DNA of 64,000 bases from positions 8,894 to 72,893 of IMG/VR virus record IMGVR_UViG_3300021399_000147. One strand, 5' to 3'. This stretch comes from a virus (Duplodnaviria > Caudoviricetes). Of this stretch, positions 26,941 to 33,518 are shown one piece after another; position 1 is the stretch's first letter; every line of letters starts with the position of its first letter. The notes beneath the pieces were generated by a model that had not been told where the DNA came from, did not search any database, and saw nothing but the letters and a program-made list of their open reading frames with translations. The position numbers and the translations under genes are program-made.

Positions 26941-27011
26941 TTCCTATTGATAGGCTAACATAGATGTGTTAGCCTATTATTGTAAACAAACACACATATT
27001 GAAAGAGAGGA
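26941..27011 (+). promoter_or_regulatory. Cassette promoter and leader, copy 9 (hairpin-forming)
   Basis: TTGATA(26947)-17-TAGCCT(26970); inverted repeat ATAGGCTAACA/TGTTAGCCTAT. Confidence 0.8.
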
Positions 27012-27018
27012 AACCGAT

Positions 27019-27297
27019 ATGATGTATGGAATGAAACGAGAGTTACCTAGAAATAAAGAGGGAAAGAAGTTATACCCAGTATGCTCATGGGAAAAGAATC
27101 AGCACAAGCTCTATAACGCCCATGATAGAGTGATGAATGCCATTAGTGATGGCAAAGCAGATTGGGATGACCTTGATAAAGTTGAGAAAGCTATGGGAGC
27201 ATTTGAAGCTCATGTTATAGATGGCACAGTATTCGCAACATGGGAAGACCGAAATCTGATAATGGATTATATATTCGCATATAATGCCAGACACTAA
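27019..27297 (+). CDS. Hypothetical protein
   Basis: ORF behind the cassette leader. Confidence 0.65.
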   Translation: MMYGMKRELPRNKEGKKLYPVCSWEKNQHKLYNAHDRVMNAISDGKADWDDLDKVEKAMGAFEAHVIDGTVFATWEDRNLIMDYIFAYNARH

Positions 27298-27317
27298 TGT
27301 CTGGCATTTATTTTTTT
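27283..27317 (+). terminator. Intrinsic terminator
   Basis: AATGCCAGACA-CTAA-TGTCTGGCATT followed by TATTTTTTT. Confidence 0.75.
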
Positions 27318-27385
27318 CCTGTTGATAGGTTAGCATCAGTATGCTAACCTATTCTTGTAAACAAAAACACACTAAAAAGAGAGGT
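27316..27385 (+). promoter_or_regulatory. Cassette promoter and leader, copy 10 (hairpin-forming)
   Basis: TTGATA(27322)-17-TAACCT(27345); inverted repeat ATAGGTTAGCAT/ATGCTAACCTAT. Confidence 0.8.
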
Positions 27386-27392
27386 AACCATT

Positions 27393-27593
27393 ATGTTTGA
27401 AGAAGTTATTGCCAATGCAGTAAAAGCCTATGATGAAGAAGTAGCTGAGGTTAAGATTGAAGATAAGGTTGTCACCATCACATATACAGACGGTGATACA
27501 TACACAGGTGAAGTCAGAATAGATGGCTCAACCATTCTGTTAGATTTTCACAGAACCTTCATCATCAGAATAGACCTTAATGCCAATATGTAA
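27393..27593 (+). CDS. Hypothetical protein
   Basis: ORF behind the cassette leader. Confidence 0.6.
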   Translation: MFEEVIANAVKAYDEEVAEVKIEDKVVTITYTDGDTYTGEVRIDGSTILLDFHRTFIIRIDLNANM

Positions 27594-27608
27594 AGAGAGG
27601 CGGCAAAT

Positions 27609-27746
27609 ATGAAGATGTATTTAGAAGTAATAAATGGCTATGAGGTTTATTATACAGATGGTGATTGGGTTGTAGAAGATGAATATGGCTGTTGCACACC
27701 ATATGAGACATTTGAAGATGCCAAAGCGGCAGCAGAAGAAATGTAA
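27609..27746 (+). CDS. Hypothetical acidic protein (45 aa)
   Basis: Manual translation MKMYLEVINGY...AAAEEM; GAGG RBS. Confidence 0.55.
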   Translation: MKMYLEVINGYEVYYTDGDWVVEDEYGCCTPYETFEDAKAAAEEM

Positions 27747-27748
27747 AT

Positions 27749-27820
27749 TACCTATTGCAGGTTAGCAGTCAGAGTGCTAACCTATACTTGTAAACAAACA
27801 CACACATATTTGAAAGGGGT
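27749..27820 (+). promoter_or_regulatory. Cassette promoter and leader, copy 11 (hairpin-forming)
   Basis: TTGCAG(27755)-17-TAACCT(27778); inverted repeat AGGTTAGCA/TGCTAACCT. Confidence 0.8.
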
Positions 27821-27827
27821 AAACATT

Positions 27828-28085
27828 ATGCAGAGAAGAAAATCATTATCCGAGAAAGATGTTAGAACAGTTTTAGCCGTCATTGAGTGCTTCCAAGAGC
27901 AGAATCATTATAGATTTGATGAGATGAACCGTATCATGGGAAATCTGACAATCGAAGATATGATAGCCTTGAAGTCAAAGCTAGAGAAGTGGAAGGGCGA
28001 AGAAGTTGTAGATGAGTATGAAGATGTGGACATGGATGAGTATAGAGAATCCTATGCTGATTATATAGCACCATATATCTATTAA
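27828..28085 (+). CDS. Hypothetical protein with acidic tail
   Basis: ATG 27828 after the cassette RBS. Confidence 0.65.
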   Translation: MQRRKSLSEKDVRTVLAVIECFQEQNHYRFDEMNRIMGNLTIEDMIALKSKLEKWKGEEVVDEYEDVDMDEYRESYADYIAPYIY

Positions 28086-28100
28086 GAAAGGAGAAATATT

Positions 28101-28304
28101 ATGTTAATGATTACAACACCAAATGGTAAATTAGAGCTTAGAAGTTTTGGCAAGTCCATGTACGGAGGATGGTATTTAGATTACTATGACTTCAACCTTG
28201 AGAAGATGGACGGTATAAAGAGAAATACGCTCCGTGAGTTATGTGAGTGGGCAGGTGTAGATAAATCTACTATGATTAAGAGAGTAAAGAGATGGGACAA
28301 TTAA
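28101..28304 (+). CDS. Hypothetical protein
   Basis: ORF track; AAAGGAG RBS. Confidence 0.6.
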   Translation: MLMITTPNGKLELRSFGKSMYGGWYLDYYDFNLEKMDGIKRNTLRELCEWAGVDKSTMIKRVKRWDN

Positions 28305-28407
28305 AATAATCGTGCCAGGATGACTTTCCAGACACTTTAAACATCTATGTCGATAAAAGTATCATCTGAGATATTTAGGTGTCTGGAAAAGCGAAGGCAG
28401 AATAAAA

Positions 28408-28486
28408 TTCCTGTTGAAGCAGTATTTCCAATATGCTATCCTGTTCTTGTAAGAAATAACACACATTTGAAAGATATGAAAGGAGA
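28408..28486 (+). promoter_or_regulatory. Cassette promoter and leader, copy 12
   Basis: TTGAAG(28414)-17-TATCCT(28437). Confidence 0.8.
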
Positions 28487-28492
28487 ACCTAT

Positions 28493-28660
28493 ATGTTGAT
28501 GGCAGTATTCAATGCTAAGGTGTATCTTGAAAGAGCAAACAGCGACCACTTTGAGGCATCAAAGTTACTTCACAGAGATTATCAGAGAGGATACTACACA
28601 GAAGATGAGTACCTTGAGATGATGGATGTGCTTGCATCTAAGATGATGTGGGAGCACTGA
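28493..28660 (+). CDS. Hypothetical protein (55 aa)
   Basis: Manual translation MLMAVFNAKVY...MMWEH behind the cassette RBS. Confidence 0.6.
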   Translation: MLMAVFNAKVYLERANSDHFEASKLLHRDYQRGYYTEDEYLEMMDVLASKMMWEH

Positions 28661-28672
28661 TAACTGAATAAG

Positions 28673-28744
28673 TTCCGCTTGAAAGAATAGCAACTAAGTG
28701 CTATCCTGTTCTTGTAAACAGAAAACACACATTTGAAAAGGAGA
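28673..28744 (+). promoter_or_regulatory. Cassette promoter and leader, copy 13
   Basis: TTGAAA(28679)-17-TATCCT(28702); short inverted repeat ATAGCA/TGCTAT. Confidence 0.8.
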
Positions 28745-28751
28745 TACCAAT

Positions 28752-29015
28752 ATGAAAATTGAAATTTTAATTCCATACCTTATTCGTCAAGTAGTTGATG
28801 TAACTGTTACAGAATGTCCTATGGGCATCAAGTGTTACGAAAGTGACGAGATTGAGTTTATGTTATTTGGAAGAACCCATGTGTTGACCTTCACAATAGA
28901 AGAGAGACCTGACAGTAAAACCTTGTACTATACGATTGATAGAAATTATGATGACCAGAAAGCTCTTAGAGAGAATGAATTTACCTACAATTTAGTGAAG
29001 GAGGTGACAGTATGA
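28752..29015 (+). CDS. Hypothetical protein
   Basis: ORF behind the cassette leader. Confidence 0.6.
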   Translation: MKIEILIPYLIRQVVDVTVTECPMGIKCYESDEIEFMLFGRTHVLTFTIEERPDSKTLYYTIDRNYDDQKALRENEFTYNLVKEVTV

Positions 29016-29179
29016 GTCAGCGTCCATGTATAGGTTGTATCTACTATAAGCAGTGCGGTGAAAGCACAAGAACAATGCCATGTGAAGGCAGAATGACAAA
29101 GACCGATAAGAAAAGACGAGAGGAACTAATAAGAGAGGGAGAAAGGGAGCAGGCTAGAAGAGCCTTCTACGAAGATTAA
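29012..29179 (+). CDS. Small Cys-containing protein (55 aa)
   Basis: Manual translation MSQRPCIGCIYYKQCGESTRTMPCEGR; GGAGGTG RBS. Confidence 0.6.
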   Translation: MSQRPCIGCIYYKQCGESTRTMPCEGRMTKTDKKRREELIREGEREQARRAFYED

Positions 29180-29288
29180 AAGGGAGAGAGGAAAACAGTA
29201 TGATAAAAGGATATTACACAGACGGGGATGGAAAGACATATGCGTATGAGAACGGCGAATGGAAAGAAATCGAAGAAGGAGATAAGAG

Positions 29289-29744
29289 ATGAACACACCA
29301 TATAATGAATATTCAGCAGGAGATGTAGCAGAGATATTAAAGGTAGACAGGTCAACAATTACATATTGGTGTAGAAAAGGTTTGATAATTGCAAAGAGTG
29401 TTAGTGATGGTGCAAAAAATGCCCGTTGGGTTATTCCAGAAAAAGAAGTAGAATATCTTAGGCAGCTCGGTAAGCAGTATGGAAGTAAAGGAATCATGAA
29501 GCACTATGAAAGAGTGGGAGAAGAGATAACTCCAGCTGTTGCAGTACCTACTATAAAAGATGATACCCCTACAACAGAAATCAAAAAAGAGGCGGCACCA
29601 AAGAAGTTCGATATAGATGAAATAGCCTTACAAATAGCACAAATCCAAGATATAAAAGAAGAACTAAATAATCTGGATGCAAGAAAGACCCAACTTCTTA
29701 ATGAGCTGGAAGCAATAAGAAAAGACATTCAGCCATATCTCTAA
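29289..29744 (+). CDS. Excisionase/MerR-like HTH DNA-binding protein with coiled-coil tail
   Basis: YSAGDVAEILKVDRSTITYWCRKGLI.A......RWVIPE. Confidence 0.75.
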   Translation: MNTPYNEYSAGDVAEILKVDRSTITYWCRKGLIIAKSVSDGAKNARWVIPEKEVEYLRQLGKQYGSKGIMKHYERVGEEITPAVAVPTIKDDTPTTEIKKEAAPKKFDIDEIALQIAQIQDIKEELNNLDARKTQLLNELEAIRKDIQPYL

Positions 29745-29748
29745 TCAG

Positions 29749-29785
29749 AAATAGGGGCGGTATAAAGAGTACTGCTCCTATTTTA
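29749..29785 (+). terminator. Intrinsic terminator
   Basis: AATAGGGGCGGTA..TACTGCTCCTATT followed by TT. Confidence 0.6.
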
Positions 29786-30367
29786 ATATATCCATATATA
29801 GTCACTAATAAATCATAATATCCCTAATAAATCATCAATCAAATCAGAAAAGCATAATCCAATCAGAAAAGCAGGGCGGCATAAAAGACACCTGTGATTA
29901 TAAAAATAACCAGTAATACCATATTCCAATATAATCAATAGAAGTAGTAATAGTATAGATAGATATACCAACATGCCCTCTTGCCTTCTTTTAGCCTTGT
30001 ATTCACAGAAATGTTGTAGCCATCTGTGTTTGTCTTAGTTTTTAGTACATCTTCCTTTATCCATTTTTAGCCCCTTTCCCATCATCCTTCTCCCTCATCC
30101 TTATTATCATTAGCCCGGCGCCCGCCGTCGATATTTGATTTCAATCAAACAATTTCGCCATCCTAGGCCCAAAATGGCACGTTTTTGAGCCATTTTTGCT
30201 CCATTGGCGATTCTCGTTGTGCAAGGTGCACAAGTCTCCATTTCAGCATCCCCGCAGGGTTTGGGGAGGATGGCAACGATATTTCGATAGGTAGTGTTTT
30301 TTTTTATCGAGTAGGAAACACGATATTTCGTAATGCCATCCTGAGGTATTGTGATTTTGCACAAAAG

Positions 30368-30435
30368 TTCCTATTGTAGGAAAGTGCTGGACGTGATACC
30401 ATAAAATAAAAACAGCACACAGATTTGAAAGGAGA
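30368..30435 (+). promoter_or_regulatory. Cassette promoter and leader, copy 14
   Basis: TTGTAG(30374)-17-TACCAT(30397), GCACAC, TTGAAAGGAG. Confidence 0.7.
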
Positions 30436-30443
30436 ACCTAATT

Positions 30444-30695
30444 ATGATGAACTTTGGAAGATTGGAAAGCCTGATGTACGATTGTAGAATGAACCTGTAT
30501 TGGAGAGATGGCTACGATTTTATAGACCTGAGAGATGCAAAGGTGGCAAAGATAGAGGGTAATGAGATTGTCCTCTATGATGAGAAAGAAAACCTATATT
30601 GGCACTATGAGATAGATTCATTAGAGGCTAAGCTAGATTCCCTTAAAGATATCCATGCCAATGAGTTTAAGAGTCTATTCCGTATGTCAAGATAA
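30444..30695 (+). CDS. Hypothetical protein
   Basis: ORF behind the cassette leader, followed by hairpin TAGCACCGC/GTGGTGCTA and T-run. Confidence 0.6.
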   Translation: MMNFGRLESLMYDCRMNLYWRDGYDFIDLRDAKVAKIEGNEIVLYDEKENLYWHYEIDSLEAKLDSLKDIHANEFKSLFRMSR

Positions 30696-31038
30696 TCCCT
30701 TAGCACCGCCCATTGATTTGAGTGGTGCTATTTTTAGGTCTCCATATTCCCCATTATAACAGGCTCCATTTGCCTGCCCATCAGGTAATTCTCCCATCTA
30801 CCATCCTCCATTGGCCCATCACGCTCCCCCGGTAATCTCCGTAGGGGCAGATGGAACATGGCCCATTAACGTGGTGCTGGAGGTAGAGGTATGGAGGGTG
30901 TGAGGAGCGGGAGGAGAAAATGTGTGACTAAATTTTTACATTATATAGAAGAAACACAACTAAAAACAGCTCAAATGCAGTAATAGCAAGCGTTACAAGC
31001 ATTTTAGAAACTTTTTTCAAAAAATTTTAAAATTATAC

Positions 31039-31067
31039 TTGTAAACAAGAATAAATTGTGCTACTGT
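31039..31067 (+). promoter_or_regulatory. Promoter of the GG/CC-free island
   Basis: TTGTAA-17-TACTGT with TG extension; downstream leader carries AACACAC twice and TTGAAAGGA. Confidence 0.55.
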
Positions 31068-31191
31068 ATATACAGAAACAAACAAGTCTAGTTGTTTCTA
31101 GTCGTGTTCACGACTTTGTTAGTATCTAAACTAACACACTATAACACACAGTAACGTAAAAACATTGTAAAATTGAAAGGAAAAAACGAAC

Positions 31192-31683
31192 ATGAAAAAG
31201 AACACAGCAACAACTAACAACAATGCAACTAATAACAATAATAGTTTTGAGATGACAAAAAAAGTCTTTGCTACTAAAGAGCAACTACTTGATTTTACTA
31301 AGTATATGAGCGAACATAATTTTAACACAGCTACAGCTCTTACAAGAGAAGATAAGCCTATCAACGTTACAGTTGCCACTCACTTAGTAACGTACACAGG
31401 AGATACAAACAAGGGAACGTTGATAAGTGTTTGGAATACAAACAAAAAGAGTCGTACTTGCTACAGTGTACGCATAAGCGTTGATTTACAGAAAAAGCTC
31501 GAAGCTATGAATAAATCATTAAAAGTGCTTTTCAGTAATTTTAAGTATGCTGATTCTAATGAAAATAGATGTGATTTTTATAGTATCGACGACGTAAAAC
31601 TGTTTTTTGATAAGATGTTTAGTTATACAGAGTCTGCTAAGAGCGTCAAGAAAATTACAGAAAGCGAAGTGAAAACAGCGTGA
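31192..31683 (+). CDS. Hypothetical protein in the GG/CC-depleted island
   Basis: 163 aa, N/T-rich N-terminus; only 1 Pro, 2 Gly and 1 Trp. Confidence 0.65.
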   Translation: MKKNTATTNNNATNNNNSFEMTKKVFATKEQLLDFTKYMSEHNFNTATALTREDKPINVTVATHLVTYTGDTNKGTLISVWNTNKKSRTCYSVRISVDLQKKLEAMNKSLKVLFSNFKYADSNENRCDFYSIDDVKLFFDKMFSYTESAKSVKKITESEVKTA

Positions 31684-31802
31684 TAATATTTACAGTTTGT
31701 AGCATTACATTTTTAATCACATTATATAAAATATTCAAGTAAAAACAGAGTCGCAAGTGTATAAAAAGCACTTGCGACAATATGAAAGTGAGATAATAGA
31801 AA

Positions 31803-32123
31803 ATGAATAGTAATACTTTAGCTTTAATGTATATAGAACTTGCAAAAGTTAATAGTGAAAGTAATATTGATATTAAAAATATAGAATTATTAAATACTAG
31901 TGACGTGACTATATATACTTATAGAAATAGTGAAAATTCAAACGATAACGATTATATAGTTGTTATGTATAGTGATTTTTTAGATACTAATTCAAATGAA
32001 ACTTTTTGCGCACAATTGTTTTTTAATGTATCTCAATATAATGTCACACATAAACTCAATAATGAGTATGTGAGAAGTAGACAACTTGAAGTAGCTTATC
32101 TATATGCATTAAATATGCACTAA
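31803..32123 (+). CDS. Hypothetical Asn-rich acidic protein in the GG/CC-free island
   Basis: 106 aa with no Gly, Pro or Trp; GG-less RBS GAAAGTGAG. Confidence 0.55.
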   Translation: MNSNTLALMYIELAKVNSESNIDIKNIELLNTSDVTIYTYRNSENSNDNDYIVVMYSDFLDTNSNETFCAQLFFNVSQYNVTHKLNNEYVRSRQLEVAYLYALNMH

Positions 32124-32137
32124 ATAATAAACTTATA

Positions 32138-32176
32138 TAGCTTGCTAGTCTTAAAACACTAGCAAGCTATTTTTTT
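32138..32176 (+). terminator. Intrinsic terminator
   Basis: TAGCTTGCTAGT-CTTAAAAC-ACTAGCAAGCTA followed by TTTTTTT. Confidence 0.85.
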
Positions 32177-32324
32177 ATGCTTTATTAAATATGTTATATA
32201 TTATTTTTCTCTGTTTTCTTGACGTTCTATATACTTAAAATATCATTCTAATATAAAATATTATTTACATACTTTTTTATCGTTACAAGTCGATTTTTGA
32301 CGCTATTTAATTGCGTACAATCTT

Positions 32325-32340
32325 TGTTTCACGTGAAACA
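32325..32340. promoter_or_regulatory. parS: parS centromere-like site (ParB/Spo0J box)
   Basis: Perfect palindrome TGTTTCACGTGAAACA, matching the Firmicutes parS consensus. Confidence 0.8.
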
Positions 32341-32363
32341 TTACTACGCTACCACCCCCTATT

Positions 32364-32377
32364 CGTACATATGTTCG
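32364..32377. promoter_or_regulatory. Possible LexA (Cheo) box
   Basis: CGTACATATGTTCG, 13/14 match to CGAACATATGTTCG. Confidence 0.4.
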
Positions 32378-32406
32378 ATAGAGAGCTACGTGAGCGAGTA
32401 GGCACC

Positions 32407-32546
32407 CGGACACAGCCTGGTAAGTTTTCATATAACCGTGACCTGTCCTTCAAAATAACTTCGGACACAGCCTAGGTAGATTTACTTATAACCGTGCCTG
32501 GTCGTTCACTAAAATACTTGCCTGGAATGATTTTCGTATAACCGTG
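32407..32546 (+). repeat. Direct repeats upstream of the terminase genes (candidate pac/cos-associated)
   Basis: CGGACACAGCCT at 32407 and 32462; TATAACCGTG at 32431, 32487 and 32537. Confidence 0.7.
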
Positions 32547-32619
32547 AGAGGTCGCGGAAGGCTGTGGTTTCAATAAATGCCAAAATGATGTGTCATTTTA
32601 GCCAATATATTTGTAAAAA

Positions 32620-33030
32620 ATGGCGCGTATGTGTTATAGTATGTTTACAAAGGAGGGGCTAGATTATATGTCACCAACACCAGTTACTTTAGCTAGAACA
32701 ATGGCAAATGCGCTGAACCGCCTATATGGCACACATATTGTTATCAACACAACACAGTTCTTTGGAGGCGAGGGTAAACTCGTCAGGATGTACGTCATCA
32801 AGGATGCGTATTTCTTGGGCAGCAAGAAGAACTACTCGGACAAGGAGTTGTTTAAGACTGCTAGTGGAGTATATACCTGTCTTTTTATGAGGGATATGTT
32901 GTTTGCGTTTCAAGGTAAACCTCCGGCAGAGATTACAAACGAGGGTTACCTTAATGTTTTTGCTAAGAAGAATGGACAAGCAAGCATAGATTATATGCTG
33001 GAAAAGTATTTAGGAGGTAAGGAAGAATGA
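32620..33030 (+). CDS. Hypothetical protein upstream of terminase
   Basis: ORF track; exact start uncertain. Confidence 0.6.
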   Translation: MARMCYSMFTKEGLDYMSPTPVTLARTMANALNRLYGTHIVINTTQFFGGEGKLVRMYVIKDAYFLGSKKNYSDKELFKTASGVYTCLFMRDMLFAFQGKPPAEITNEGYLNVFAKKNGQASIDYMLEKYLGGKEE

Positions 33031-33518
33031 TTAGTTCACAGATGCCAGAAGACGCCGTACCTAGCGTCAAGAAACACATTTTAGAGGGGACGTGCGTAAC
33101 ACAGGACGGTACACGTCTTACCCCAAAAGAAGATAAGTTTATCAGTTTGTACATCCAGTACTCGGATCCTATAAAGGCAGCTAGAGAAGCTGGGTACATG
33201 GTACGACCTGACAGAAAGAACAAGGACTTGGCTTATGCTCACAAAGGTAAATCTCTTTTAGCTAAAGACTATATCCGTAATGAGATTGCGGCTAGAATGG
33301 ATATGATAAGAGATGAACAGATAGCAGATGCTAAGGAAGTTCTTGTATATCTTACTAAGGTAATGCGAGGAGAAATCAAGGACCAGTTTGATATTGATGC
33401 TTCATTGTCTGAAAGGACTGCAGCCGCTAAGGAACTGAACAGAAGGTTCAAAGAGCTTGAGGATGCGAAAGAACATGGACCAGCTAAGGAAGTACATCTT
33501 GTTCTGAGGAGGGAATAA
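33027..33518 (+). CDS. terS: Terminase small subunit
   Basis: LTPKEDKFISLYI..DPIKAAREAGY, IADAKEVLVYLTKVMRGE, ERTAAAKEL; position. Confidence 0.85.
   Translation: MISSQMPEDAVPSVKKHILEGTCVTQDGTRLTPKEDKFISLYIQYSDPIKAAREAGYMVRPDRKNKDLAYAHKGKSLLAKDYIRNEIAARMDMIRDEQIADAKEVLVYLTKVMRGEIKDQFDIDASLSERTAAAKELNRRFKELEDAKEHGPAKEVHLVLRRE

Larger units (their letters stand above)
17627..30435 (+). repeat. Dispersed promoter-plus-leader repeat family (14 copies)
   Basis: Consensus TTCCT(G/A)TTG(A/T)A(G)-17 nt-TA(T/G/A)CCT-A..(C/T)TGTAAACA..AACACAC..TTGAAAGGAG. Copies start at 17627, 20835, 22058, 23337, 24573, ~25029 (partial), 25598, 26638, 26941, 27316, 27749, 28408, 28673, 30368. Confidence 0.9.

Noticed and set aside
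17627-30435. Classical integron with attC sites
   Set aside because: No tyrosine recombinase in the window, no RYYYAAC/GTTRRRY ends, and the repeats carry -35/-10/RBS features; kept only as a loose analogy
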